Notes under the pieces: model-generated
The model's database searches: none
The model's input: only the letters and a program-made list of their open reading frames with translations
Told to the model about the DNA's origin: nothing
Shown: positions 37,580 to 47,459 of the stretch, piece by piece
Layout of the letters: each line of letters opens with the position of its first letter
How positions within the stretch are numbered: the stretch's first letter is position 1
Origin: Dehalococcoidia bacterium
GTDB lineage: Bacteria; Chloroflexota; Dehalococcoidia; Bin125
Assembly: GCA_965261715.1 (NCBI GenBank)
Contig: OZ253471.1
Span: 462,165-526,164 of the forward strand
Reading direction: 5' to 3'
Length of the DNA stretch: 64,000 nt
Translations under genes and position numbers: made by a program

Positions 37580-38050
37580 TCAGTCGGCGACCGGCTCAGC
37601 GCGTGCCACAACCACCTCGATGAACGATCCACTACTTTCGGGTACCGGGACGAGGTCCCCAAAATCCTCCAGAGCTTCAATGTGGAATTCGATTGCTTCC
37701 TTGATCATCGCCCGCATTTCGGCAAGCGTGTCTCCAACTGACAGGCAAACCGGAAGATCTGGCACCCAGGCTGCGTAATTGTTGGGAGCCTTGTCGATTA
37801 CGACCAGATAGGTAGTAGTTTCGGAATCGGCGGAATTCAGCAGAGCTGCCTCGATTAGCTCTGTCTTGGCCGTTGGAGCCTCAATCGCTTCGCCCTGTTG
37901 AAGCATCGCCTCAAGGTGACTCTGGAGAGTGTTTCGCAGTGCGTTGATCGCATCTTCAGCCGATTCGCCACGCGACTCGCAGTCCGGATGATCCGGTACG
38001 AATGCCTCATATCCATTGGCTGCATTCTTGGTGACGACCGCGTATCTCAT
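37580..38050 (-). CDS. hicB: HicB-family antitoxin with two tandem HicB-fold repeats
   Basis: [24 protein letters not shown]... and TTYLVVIDKAPNNYAAWVPDLPVC... are two alignable repeats. ATG 38050 overlaps the hicA stop by 4 nt. Confidence 0.75.
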   Translation of the reverse strand: MRYAVVTKNAANGYEAFVPDHPDCESRGESAEDAINALRNTLQSHLEAMLQQGEAIEAPTAKTELIEAALLNSADSETTTYLVVIDKAPNNYAAWVPDLPVCLSVGDTLAEMRAMIKEAIEFHIEALEDFGDLVPVPESSGSFIEVVVARAEPVAD

Positions 38051-38250
38051 CGCTGTTCTGGGTCTCTCAGTTGAGCTTGTTTCAAGATAGCTTTCCACAG
38101 TGGCGTTGGGAGGTCTTTCGATGGCCGCCCAGCGATCACGACGACTCCCTCTTTGCTCGGGTGATGAAACACGCGGTGACTTCCCCGTTGCCGAACGAAA
38201 TACCAACCGTCTGCTTCGACCAGTTGGATTGCCTTCCTGACCTTCGGCAT
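38047..38250 (-). CDS. hicA: HicA-family mRNA interferase toxin
   Basis: 67 aa with [27 protein letters not shown], typical of HicA/YcfA. Confidence 0.85.
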   Translation of the reverse strand: MPKVRKAIQLVEADGWYFVRQRGSHRVFHHPSKEGVVVIAGRPSKDLPTPLWKAILKQAQLRDPEQR

Positions 38251-38360
38251 CGATCCGAGACGCTATCACTCTGCGCGCCGTTTCACATCGGGACTCTCTC
38301 GCGTGCCGTGTTGCGTACCGTTACCATCGCAGCAAGCGTTTGAAGGATGAGGTAAGTGCG

Positions 38361-39209
38361 ATGCCAGACGAGATATCAGCCAACATCATCGCCGAGTCGG
38401 CCGGGCCGAAGAGTGCAATGGCGACTGTCGCTGCGCCCGTTCCTGACTCCGAGGTGTTCGCACCCCGCCTGGCTGGGGCGAAGGACATCATCATCACTGA
38501 GAACGTGGACAAGTGGTTTGGCGATTTCCAGGCCCTGGACGATGTGTCGCTGCGGATTAAGGAAGAGGAAATCGTCGTGATTCTCGGACCCTCCGGGTCC
38601 GGAAAGTCGACCTATATTCGATGTCTCAATCGACTTGAAGAGCATGACGCCGGGCGGATCGTGATCGACGGAATCGAGCTGAACGAGGATGTTCGGGCAA
38701 TGGCGGCGATTCGCTCGGAAGTCGGGATGGTCTTCCAGCAGTTCAACCTCTTCCCTCACCTCTCGGTCTTGGGCAACATCACGCTCGGTCCGCAGAAAGT
38801 TCGGCACATGCCGAAGCTCGAAGCCGAGGCGCTGGCGATGCAACTGTTGGAGCGAGTCGGCATCCCCGAGCAGGCCGACAAGTTCCCTGCTCAGCTCTCA
38901 GGCGGCCAGCAGCAGCGCGTGGCGATTGCTCGCTCGCTGGCGATGCAGCCGAAGATCATGTTGTTCGATGAGCCGACCTCGGCGCTCGACCCCGAGATGA
39001 TCAAAGAGGTCCTCGATGTCATGCAGGAGCTGGCCGAGTCGGGCATGACCATGATCGTGGTCACCCATGAAATGGGCTTCGCTCGCGAAGTCGCCGACCG
39101 CTTGGTCTTCTTCGATGAGGGCGCGCTAGTCGAGCAGGGGACGCCGGAACACTTCTTCACCAATCCGCGCGAGGAGCGCACCAAGCTGTTCCTCAGCCAG
39201 ATCCTCTAG
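38361..39209 (+). CDS. Amino-acid ABC transporter ATP-binding protein
   Basis: GPSGSGKST (Walker A), [13 protein letters not shown] (signature), [11 protein letters not shown] (Walker B). ATG 38361 chosen. Confidence 0.9.
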   Translation: MPDEISANIIAESAGPKSAMATVAAPVPDSEVFAPRLAGAKDIIITENVDKWFGDFQALDDVSLRIKEEEIVVILGPSGSGKSTYIRCLNRLEEHDAGRIVIDGIELNEDVRAMAAIRSEVGMVFQQFNLFPHLSVLGNITLGPQKVRHMPKLEAEALAMQLLERVGIPEQADKFPAQLSGGQQQRVAIARSLAMQPKIMLFDEPTSALDPEMIKEVLDVMQELAESGMTMIVVTHEMGFAREVADRLVFFDEGALVEQGTPEHFFTNPREERTKLFLSQIL

Positions 39210-39218
39210 GAACACCGC

Positions 39219-39938
39219 ATGTCCCCAGATCTGAGTCAGGTGCGGGCGCTCACGTTCGATGTGTTTGGCACGGTGGTCGACTGGCGCTCCTCTGTTTCGG
39301 CCGAGGTCGCGTCGTTTCTGAAACGGCACGGCGTCGATGCCGACGCAGGCATGTTCACCGACCGCTGGCGACGCGAAGGCTACGCGGGCGGGATGCGCAT
39401 GGTCCGCGACGGCAAGCTCCCGTTCCAGACAGCCGACCAGCTGCATCGACGGATGCTCGACATCTTGCTCGCGGAACTCGGCATAGAGGCGGAAGACTCC
39501 GAAGTCACCGAGCTCAACCGAGCCTGGCATCGACTGCAGCCGTGGGTCGATTCGCCCGGCGGACTGCAGCGCCTGCGCTCGCGATTCGTCGTCTCCACGC
39601 TGTCAAATGGCAACGTGGATTTGCTCGTCAACATGGCCAAGTTCGGAAGACTGCCCTGGGATTGCGTGCTATCGGCAGAGCTCACCGGTGCATTCAAGCC
39701 GGAGCCGCAGTGTTACCAGCGAGCGGCCGAGCTGCTGGGTTGCAGCTCCAATCAAGTGATGATGGTCGCGGCACACCAGGGAGACCTGCTTGCTGCCGCC
39801 AAGACGGGCATGAGGACGGCATTCGTCCCCCGACCAGATGAGGCAGGACCAAACTTCCCCGTCGATCTAACCCCCGACCCATCCTTCGACATCGTCGCCA
39901 CCGACTTCCATGACTTGGCCGCGCAGCTGGGCTGCTAA
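39219..39938 (+). CDS. HAD superfamily, haloacid dehalogenase type II-like
   Basis: LTFDVFGTVVDW nucleophile motif, STLSNGN, VAAHQGDLLAA. Confidence 0.75.
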   Translation: MSPDLSQVRALTFDVFGTVVDWRSSVSAEVASFLKRHGVDADAGMFTDRWRREGYAGGMRMVRDGKLPFQTADQLHRRMLDILLAELGIEAEDSEVTELNRAWHRLQPWVDSPGGLQRLRSRFVVSTLSNGNVDLLVNMAKFGRLPWDCVLSAELTGAFKPEPQCYQRAAELLGCSSNQVMMVAAHQGDLLAAAKTGMRTAFVPRPDEAGPNFPVDLTPDPSFDIVATDFHDLAAQLGC

Positions 39939-39956
39939 CAGCAACTGGAGTTTCCG

Positions 39957-40754
39957 ATGAGCCTCAATCCTGACGCCTACACGACGATCGATATCGACAA
40001 GCGCTCCGACGGTGTGACCGTCGCGACGCTCAATCGTCCCGAGAAGCTGAACGCCGTTAACTCGGCCATGCACCGCGAACTGTCCACGCTGCCCGTTGAC
40101 GCCAATCGCGATCCCGAGGTGCGCGTGCTCGTGCTGACCGGCGCCGGTCGCGCGTTCTGCGCCGGCGGCGACTTCTCCGCCAACCGTGATGAGCCGATGG
40201 GTGGTCGCTACCTGAATCGGATGAACGAGGCGCGGCTGATCGTCGACAACTGGCTCGACTGCGAGAAGCCCGTGATCTGCGCCGTCAATGGCTACGCGCT
40301 GGGTCTCGGCGCGACCGTCGCGTTGATGGCCGATGTCGTCTACATCGGCCGCTCGGGCGTGCTCGGCGACACGCATGTCAACATGGGCATCGGCGCTGGT
40401 GACGGCGGCGGCGTGATCTGGCCGATGCTGGTTGGACCGTCTCGAGCCAAGTACTACCTGATGACCGGCGAGCACATCCGCGCCGAGCAGGCCAAGCAGC
40501 TCGGACTGGTTCAGGATGTCGTTGAGGACGACGACCTGATGTCAACGGCGCTCGCCCTGGCCGAGCGGCTGTCCAAGGGACCGTTGGGCGCCATCTCGGC
40601 GTCCAAGGTGCCGATCAACAAGTGGATCAAGCACGTCTCGAACATGGTTCTGCCGCTGTCGTTGTCGATGGAAGAAACGACCATGTCCGGCACTGACGCA
40701 GCGGAAGCGCAGGCGGCGTTCCGCGAGAAGCGCCAGCCCGTCTATCGGCGTTAA
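39957..40754 (+). CDS. Enoyl-CoA hydratase/isomerase family
   Basis: TLNRPEKLNA, LTGAGRAFCAGGD, VNGYALGLG. Confidence 0.85.
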   Translation: MSLNPDAYTTIDIDKRSDGVTVATLNRPEKLNAVNSAMHRELSTLPVDANRDPEVRVLVLTGAGRAFCAGGDFSANRDEPMGGRYLNRMNEARLIVDNWLDCEKPVICAVNGYALGLGATVALMADVVYIGRSGVLGDTHVNMGIGAGDGGGVIWPMLVGPSRAKYYLMTGEHIRAEQAKQLGLVQDVVEDDDLMSTALALAERLSKGPLGAISASKVPINKWIKHVSNMVLPLSLSMEETTMSGTDAAEAQAAFREKRQPVYRR

Positions 40755-40833
40755 CCCTGAATCCCGAATCATCGATAGGCTGACTCGTAGTGCGGGGTGC
40801 GTCGCGTCGTTTGGGCATTGACGCGGCCGGGCA

Positions 40834-42491
40834 TTGACATCGCTGATTGGCAGGCTTCTTCATATGCTGCTGCGTCTGATACTGTCCCCGCGCGGGGCGT
40901 TGACGACCGTGTGGTTGCCGACTTCCATCGTTCTGCTCGCGCTCCTGGCGTTTGCGGCGCTCACCGCTTGCAGCGACTCGATGGAGCAATCGGATGGAGA
41001 TACGGCGCAGTCCCAGGAATCCCCGGCGCAACCCGAGCAAGCGGGCCAAGCGTCGGCTGCTCAGTCTGATGCGGTTGAAGAAGAGGAAGCGGAAGAACAG
41101 TCGGCCGCCCCCGAATCCGGGCAGCAATCACAGGACGGTGAAGCCTCGGCAGCGCAGGCGATGGATCGCGGACAGCCCGAGCAACAGCAGCAGTCTGACG
41201 ACTACGGTTCGTCCGACCCGTACGCCTCCGACCAGGATGAGGCTGAAGACCAGGCGCCCGCGGCTCCGGTCGCTCCAATCCGTCAGTGGCTCGCGGAGGG
41301 CGTGCCCCTGACCCCCAGCGTGCCCGCCGAGCGAGACGAGTACGGCTGGTCGGCGGTGATTGAGGGAGATGTGCTCGCCGTGAGCGCGCCCTATCACGAC
41401 GTGCTGGGCGAAGACTCCGGCGCCGTGTTCGTCTTTGAGCGAGTCGATGGCGAATGGGTTGAAACCGCATACATCCTGCCGCCCTATCCCGATCCGCTCG
41501 GCTGGTTTGGACGCTGGCTCGCGATTGACGATGGACGCATCGTGATTGGCGCGCCATACGAGGATGGACAACGACTCGACGGCACTAGAATCGACGACTC
41601 GGGCGTCGCCTATGTCTTCGAGAAGGTGGCCGGGACCTGGATTCGGACCGGTACGCTCCTGCCCGTCGAGCCGCATGCCGGCGCCTCATTCGGTTGGAGC
41701 GTCGCGATCTCGGGCGACCGGATTGCGGTCTCGGCGTGGGAAGATCCCGTTGAGGGCATCGAAGCGGGTTCGGTCACCACCTACAGGCAACACAAGGGTT
41801 TGTGGCAGGCCGAAGCGGTGTTCCGACCCAGCGACCCCAGCCCTCGTCAGCTGTTTGGTCGCGACATCGACCTGCAGGACGGCGTGTTGGTCGTCGGAGC
41901 TCCCGGCGACGACACGATCGCGGAGGATGCCGGAGCGGTCTTCGTCTGGCACTACTACAACGACGATTGGAATTTTGCGGGAAGCTCGTCGCGTCGGACG
42001 CGATCCCTGGCGACGCACTCGGCTCCCAGGTTGCGCTTCACGGCCTCTGGCTGGCTTCGGGCGCGTACGACCATGATGACCCGATGTGGAGCGCCGGCGC
42101 GACCTACGTCTGGAAACTCAATAACCTCTGGGAGTTCCACGCCAAGCTGCAGGCGTCCGACATGCAGCCGGGCGACTGGTTCGGCTATTCAGTCGATATC
42201 AAGGACGAGCGGATGGTGATCGGCGCGCCACATCGAGCCCACCCAGAGTCGGGCACCTATCGAAGCGGCGCAGCGTACGCCTTCGAGCTGATCGACGACC
42301 AGTGGGTTGAGGTCGGCGTGCTCGGCCCGGTGGACGCGATTGAAGCCCGCGAGCGAGCCGAGTTCGGCTGGGTCGCCGAGATCGATGGAACGACAGCCGT
42401 CGTCGGCGCGTGGCTCGCTGATACGGCAGCGGGCGAAGACGCCGGTGCAGCAGCCGTCTACGAGTTGCCGACGAACGGCGAGTCTGAGTAG
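40834..42491 (+). pseudogene. FG-GAP/beta-propeller-repeat lipoprotein interrupted by a 1-nt frameshift near 41980
   Basis: Lipobox LTAC followed by an acidic, Q-rich low-complexity linker. The repeated unit (F)GWSVAI.GD..VVGAP...D.GAVYVF continues from ORF 40834..42219 into ORF 41802..42491 after a frame change at gcgGGAAGctc. Confidence 0.6.
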
Positions 42492-42503
42492 CCAGGAATA
42501 CCT

Positions 42504-42596
42504 TGAACAACTCCGATCCCCGCTTCCCCCCTCTGCGGGGGAAGCTGCCGAAGGCTGAAGGGGGGTCCCCGCTCAGCCTGCGACACCAGTTGTTCA
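42504..42596. repeat. Family C repeat, copy C1 (complete, 8-bp terminal inverted repeats TGAACAAC)
   Basis: tgaacaactccgatccccgCTTCCCCCctctgcGGGGGAAGctgccgaaggctgaaggggggtccccgctcagcctgcgacaccagttgttca. Confidence 0.85.
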
Positions 42597-42604
42597 GAGC
42601 GTTC

Positions 42605-43390
42605 CTAGCGGTCCGGCCCACGCACCGTGACCCCGCCGTCGACCGGCAGGATCACGCCGGTGACGTACTTTGCTTCGTCGCTGGCGAGGAAGACCGCGGC
42701 CCAGCCGATGTCCCACGGCTCGCCCTCCTGCTTGAGCAGACTGGCGTTCTTGCGACGGTCGCGCAGCTCGTCCGACATCCCGGCCGAGTAGACCATCGGT
42801 GTATACACCGGCCCCGGCATGATGCAGTTGGCGCGGATGCCGTCGCGTCCGTGGTCCACCGCCAGCGCCTGGGTCAGCGTCGCGACCGCCGCCTTACTGA
42901 CGCTGTAGGCCGTCAGCCCGCGAGGTCGCAGCGCGGCGATTGATGAGACGTTGGTGATCGCGCCGCCGCCGTTCTCGCGCAGAGCGGGGATCGCATACTT
43001 GCAGGTCAGCATCATCGAAGTCACGTTGACTCGCATGACGTGGTCCCACTCAACCTCGGAGATCTGCTCGACGGTGCCGCGTCCGCCGATGCCGACGTTG
43101 TTGTGCAGAATGTCGAGTTTGCCGTAGCGGCTGACCGCATCGCCGACGATGCGGGAACAGTCCTCGGTCGAGGTGACATCGGCGACGGCGATGGCGGCGT
43201 CGTTGCCCTCGGCGCGGATCATGTCAAGCGTCGCCTGGACGGCTGCTTCGTCGCGGTCGACGAGCAACACGTCAGCGCCCTCGCGCGCAAAGAGGATGGC
43301 AGTGGCACGGCCATTGCCAATCCCCTCCGCGCGAGAACCGGCGCCAGTAATGATGGCAGATTTGCCAGCAAGTCGATCGGGCATGTGCAC
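42605..43390 (-). CDS. SDR-family oxidoreductase
   Basis: SAIITGAGSRAEGIGNG, HNNVG, YSVSKAA. Confidence 0.85.
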   Translation of the reverse strand: MHMPDRLAGKSAIITGAGSRAEGIGNGRATAILFAREGADVLLVDRDEAAVQATLDMIRAEGNDAAIAVADVTSTEDCSRIVGDAVSRYGKLDILHNNVGIGGRGTVEQISEVEWDHVMRVNVTSMMLTCKYAIPALRENGGGAITNVSSIAALRPRGLTAYSVSKAAVATLTQALAVDHGRDGIRANCIMPGPVYTPMVYSAGMSDELRDRRKNASLLKQEGEPWDIGWAAVFLASDEAKYVTGVILPVDGGVTVRGPDR

Positions 43391-43404
43391 GTTCCTTTCA
43401 ATCG

Positions 43405-44739
43405 CTAGTCGATGTCAACGGGTCTCGGCACCGGCTCCGTTCGGCGCTGCGGCTTCCACAGCACCTCACGCAAGAATTGCGGAACGGCCGGCGGGAGTCT
43501 GAACCGGCCGCGTTCTTGACGGTCCGCACGGACCCAGAGGATCATCACGATCAGCAGTAGCGGTCCAAAGAAGGCAGCCAGGCCCAGGAACACCATCGGC
43601 AATGGATTCGCATCGACAACCTGGCCAAAGATCGGCAAGAAGGGCAGCATGATCAAGGCCCAGCCCATGTGGTTGAGCGATAGCGCTGTGGCTCGCAGAT
43701 GGGACGGGATGCGACGGTTGAGGTAGCCCTCCATCAGCGGCATCTGCGCTCCGCGAGCGAGTCCGAGAATGAGGAAGATTCCAATCGCCCCCAGATGGTC
43801 GAGCAGCCCAATGCCGACGTAGACAAGCACCACCCAGAAGGGCAACGAGGCGAGCGTGCGGACGATGCCGAACCGAGTGGCGAGCCAGAATGCCAGCATC
43901 GCGGCAAAGACCGTGGCAATCCTCGCCGGCGCCTGGAGCGCCGTGAAGAGCCAGCCGACCTCGACTCCCTGCTCCTTGAGGAAGGGTTGGAGAAGGTAGA
44001 ACTCCGGGACCATGGAGGCGATCAGGATCGCGCTGAAGATCAAGGAGTATCGGATCGTCGGAGTCTTGCCGGCGAGCCGGAGCGTTTGCTTCATCAACTG
44101 GAGATATGACGTCGTTTCGCCGCTGTGCCCCGGTTCGTGTCGTGGTGGTTCGCGGAAACCGAATGTGATCAACAGCGCCAGGCCGGTGCCAACCGCTCCT
44201 GCGAGCAGTGCCGCCTGCGCACCGAATACTTGAGCGATTCCGCCACCTGCAAACGTCGCCAACACCATGGCCACCGAGCGGACCGCGAATGCGCGGCCTG
44301 CCTGTCGCTCAAAGTCACGTGCCCGACCCATCGCCTGTAACGAATCGTGGAGAAATGCGCTGTCGCTGCCCGTGATCAAGACCATCGCCAATCCCCAGAG
44401 CGACCAGGCCACTGCGGCCTGCCAGAACGACCCCGAAAATGCAAACCAGATCATGAATGTGATGTAGATGACGAGAGAGATGCGGATCGTTCGAACGCGG
44501 CCGAAGCGGTCGGCGAGCGCGCCGGCCGGCGGCTGACCAAACGACGTAATCACGTAGAACGCGGGTCCGATCGCGCCCAGCTGCGCGAACGTCAGGCCAA
44601 CGTCTTCGGTCGCGAAGATGATCCAAACCGGCAGCCAGAACTGCAAATCGTGGAAGAAGTAGAAGAGCGGATAGAGGCGCAGATTGCGTCGCCACTTTGG
44701 ACGTTCGTCGACTCCGTTGAGGTCGGGCGCAGCACTCAC
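43405..44739 (-). CDS. MFS transporter (unrelated to the 15.9-20.0 kb trio)
   Basis: 12-TM-like hydrophobic profile with the GALADRFGRVRT MFS loop motif. Confidence 0.8.
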   Translation of the reverse strand: MSAAPDLNGVDERPKWRRNLRLYPLFYFFHDLQFWLPVWIIFATEDVGLTFAQLGAIGPAFYVITSFGQPPAGALADRFGRVRTIRISLVIYITFMIWFAFSGSFWQAAVAWSLWGLAMVLITGSDSAFLHDSLQAMGRARDFERQAGRAFAVRSVAMVLATFAGGGIAQVFGAQAALLAGAVGTGLALLITFGFREPPRHEPGHSGETTSYLQLMKQTLRLAGKTPTIRYSLIFSAILIASMVPEFYLLQPFLKEQGVEVGWLFTALQAPARIATVFAAMLAFWLATRFGIVRTLASLPFWVVLVYVGIGLLDHLGAIGIFLILGLARGAQMPLMEGYLNRRIPSHLRATALSLNHMGWALIMLPFLPIFGQVVDANPLPMVFLGLAAFFGPLLLIVMILWVRADRQERGRFRLPPAVPQFLREVLWKPQRRTEPVPRPVDID

Positions 44740-44831
44740 TCAGGCAGGGTAGGGCGTTTGCTTCTTCGGACACCAAAGGGAGCCACATATAGACTTGGGC
44801 CATCTCGATACACAACTGCGAACGGTGGCGA

Positions 44832-45617
44832 TTGATGACGTACGAACAGATCCTGACCGAGACGATTGGGCGCGTTGGCGTGATTCGGCTGAACCGGCCG
44901 GAGAAACTCAATGCCTGGACCAATCAGATGGCCGAGGAGATGACCGACCAGATCGAGGCCTGGAACAACGACAACGGCATCGGCGCAATCGTGCTCGCCG
45001 GCGAGGGTCGCGCGTTCTGCGCGGGCGCCGACCTGCAGGGCTTCAATCAACGGCTGGCCGACGATCCCGAAGCCAGCGCGGGGGCCGGACGCGAGGTCAA
45101 CTGGACCCAGATGATCCGGGAGTCGAAGCCCGTGATCGTGGCGATTCATGGCTACGCCGTCGGTGTCGGGTTGACGCTCGCATTGCCGGCAGATGTCCGA
45201 TACGCGGCCGAAAACACGAAGCTGTCGATTCGCTTCGTCAAAGTTGGTCTGGTACCGGAGTTGGGCTCCACGCGGTTGCTCTCGCAACTGGTTGGCTTGG
45301 GTCACGCAACCGACATCTGCCTCTCAGGACGGATGGTCCCGGCTGACGAGGCCGCCCGAATCGGTCTGGTCTCGGCCGTCGTGCCAAAGGAAGACCTGCT
45401 CGACACGGCCATGGCCAAGGCCAACGAACTGGCGAATAACCCAACAGCCGTCGTGCGCAAGATCAAGACCCTACTCAACGACAACGTCACCGAGCCCAAC
45501 CTCATTCGAGTGATGGAGCGTGAGGGCGCAAGGGACCGAGAGTCGCGTCGACTGCCATCGCACAACGAGGCCGTGACCGCCTTCCTCGAGAAGCGCGAGG
45601 CGGTCTTCAACCAGTAG
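44832..45617 (+). CDS. Enoyl-CoA hydratase/isomerase family
   Basis: IRLNRPEKLNA, LAGEGRAFCAGADL, IHGYAVGVG. Confidence 0.85.
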   Translation: MMTYEQILTETIGRVGVIRLNRPEKLNAWTNQMAEEMTDQIEAWNNDNGIGAIVLAGEGRAFCAGADLQGFNQRLADDPEASAGAGREVNWTQMIRESKPVIVAIHGYAVGVGLTLALPADVRYAAENTKLSIRFVKVGLVPELGSTRLLSQLVGLGHATDICLSGRMVPADEAARIGLVSAVVPKEDLLDTAMAKANELANNPTAVVRKIKTLLNDNVTEPNLIRVMEREGARDRESRRLPSHNEAVTAFLEKREAVFNQ

Positions 45618-45794
45618 GAGACATTTGAAAAACTCATGATTCCCCTCTCCCCCCCTTGCGGGGGGAGATGTCACGGAGTGACAGAGGAGGGGTCCGCCGC
45701 CAGCGACCAGATAGGCCTTGAGATGGGGAGCCGCCCTCTGCCTTCGGCATCTCCCCCGCAAGGGGGGGGGGAAGGGGACGTTTCAAAGGTCTCC
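45617..45794. repeat. Family B element, copy B2 (inverted repeats GGAGACaTTTGAAA / TTTCAAAGGTCTCC)
   Basis: Same core as B1 (actcatgattcccctctcccccccttgcggggggagatgtcacggagtgacagagg...gccttcggcatctcccccgcaagggg). It fills the gap between the crotonase stop and the amidohydrolase RBS. Confidence 0.85.
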
Positions 45795-45821
45795 AGTAGG
45801 GCGTCGAAGAAGGAACAAACA

Positions 45822-47000
45822 ATGCCGACCCCACGCCGCGATCCCATCGCCTGGCCCGTCGACCGTCCCTCGCCGGACATCGGTTGGACGCCGCCGGGCG
45901 ATCCGATCATCATCTCGTCCGACGACCATCTGATGGAGCCGCCCGGTCTGTGGGAGGATCGTCTGCCCGTGTCGATGCGCGATGAGGCGCCCAAGCTGTG
46001 GCGCGACGACACCGGATTCCACCTTGAAGTCGACGGTCGCAGCTTCGACACGCCGGGCCTGAACTCGCTGATGGTCGAGGGACGGCCGGGGATGACCGAT
46101 CAGACGCAACGCATGGTCGACATGGACGCCGAAGGCGTCGATATCGGCTTCGTCTTCCCCCAGAAGGCGCTCGGAATCATGGGGATGGAAGACAAAGAGG
46201 TCATGTACGCCTGTATCGACGTGTACAACGAGTACCTCGCCGAGTGGTGTCAGTACGACCCGGACCGGCTGTTCGGCATCGCCATCCTGCCGACCATCTT
46301 CGACCCTGAGCGAACCGCCGACTACATCGACAAGATCAAGGCCTGGGGATTCAAGGCGATGGAGATTCCCTCCTCACCGCGAGACGTGGAATACAACCGT
46401 TCGCGAATGGAACCGATGTGGGACGCCGTCGAAGACAGCGGGATCCCGCTTTCATTCCACATCGGCGAGTTTCCAAACTGGCGCGGCGCCGGAGCCCTGG
46501 GAACCTACCTGACTTCCAACTTTGAGCCGTTTCGCAAGCTGTGGGCGCTGCTGACGTTCTCAGGAGTGCTTGAGCGCCACCCCGAACTCAAGGTGATCTT
46601 CACCGAGGGCGGAATCTCCTGGGTCGCCTCGGCGCTCTACGACGCCGATCGCACCTACCGCGAGTTCGCCTCGGAGATGCGACCGCAACTGGCCGAGCTG
46701 CCCAGCTACTACTGGTGGCGTCAGTGCTACGCGACCTTCATGAGCGACCCGGCCGGCCTCCGCTTGATGGACATGATCGGCCACGACCACGTGATGTGGA
46801 GCTTCGATTACCCACACCCGGAGTCGACGCTGGGTGAGAGCCGTCGAATCGTCAAGGACATCTACGACCAACTCGGTGACGAGCAGGCGGAGTGGGTGGT
46901 CTCGAAGACGGCGGAGACCGTCTGGGGCATCGAGGATGCTGTCGAGCGCAATCGCCAGAGGAAATCAGCAATGCAAGCAGGCGTCGCCGCCGGCGGCTAG
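45822..47000 (+). CDS. Amidohydrolase-2 (ACMSD-like) family
   Basis: SSDDHLMEPP, FHIGE, FDYPHPEST. ATG 45822 is preceded by GAAGAAGGA. The track ORF N-terminus (45636-45821) lies in repeat B2. Confidence 0.8.
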   Translation: MPTPRRDPIAWPVDRPSPDIGWTPPGDPIIISSDDHLMEPPGLWEDRLPVSMRDEAPKLWRDDTGFHLEVDGRSFDTPGLNSLMVEGRPGMTDQTQRMVDMDAEGVDIGFVFPQKALGIMGMEDKEVMYACIDVYNEYLAEWCQYDPDRLFGIAILPTIFDPERTADYIDKIKAWGFKAMEIPSSPRDVEYNRSRMEPMWDAVEDSGIPLSFHIGEFPNWRGAGALGTYLTSNFEPFRKLWALLTFSGVLERHPELKVIFTEGGISWVASALYDADRTYREFASEMRPQLAELPSYYWWRQCYATFMSDPAGLRLMDMIGHDHVMWSFDYPHPESTLGESRRIVKDIYDQLGDEQAEWVVSKTAETVWGIEDAVERNRQRKSAMQAGVAAGG

Positions 47001-47009
47001 CCATCCGCA

Positions 47010-47459
47010 GTGGCGCTGTCGCAAGAGGAGTTCAAAGCCATCATCGCCGACGAAACCAAACGGATCGTCGGCGATGTCGCGTGGCGTCCTGACCCGGATC
47101 GAGCAGGCGCCTACAAGTTTCGGGTGGCTCTCGAATGGGATCAGGAGGCCGCGCTCGAAGTCTCCGGTTACCAGAGAAGCACGACCGAGCGCTTGACCTA
47201 CACCCTGGTGCATGACCGAGTGCGAATCGCGGGACTCGATCTGGGCGACGCTTCCCACAACAACCTGGACGGGACCAGAGTTGAAGGCAGCCACTTCCAC
47301 TTCTGGTCAGCTCGCTACGGTCGACCAGAAGCACGCGCAGCCACGTCATTGAGCGGCAGGTACGATCAACCCAACCTAGTCTGGGAACAGTTCTGCCGAG
47401 AATTGCGTATCGTGCATCTAGGAGAACTACGAGGACCGATTGTTGAAGAGGCGTCTTGA
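47010..47459 (+). CDS. Hypothetical protein with an HNN...GSHFHFW histidine motif
   Basis: 149-aa ORF starting 10 nt after the amidohydrolase stop. Contains LGDASHNNLDGTRVEGSHFHFW. ATGA overlap with the next ORF. Confidence 0.5.
   Translation: MALSQEEFKAIIADETKRIVGDVAWRPDPDRAGAYKFRVALEWDQEAALEVSGYQRSTTERLTYTLVHDRVRIAGLDLGDASHNNLDGTRVEGSHFHFWSARYGRPEARAATSLSGRYDQPNLVWEQFCRELRIVHLGELRGPIVEEAS

Noticed and set aside
41977-41985. Programmed -1 ribosomal frameshift in the FG-GAP lipoprotein gene
   Set aside because: There is no X XXY YYZ slippery heptamer and no evident downstream pseudoknot. A simple 1-nt indel explains the pattern.
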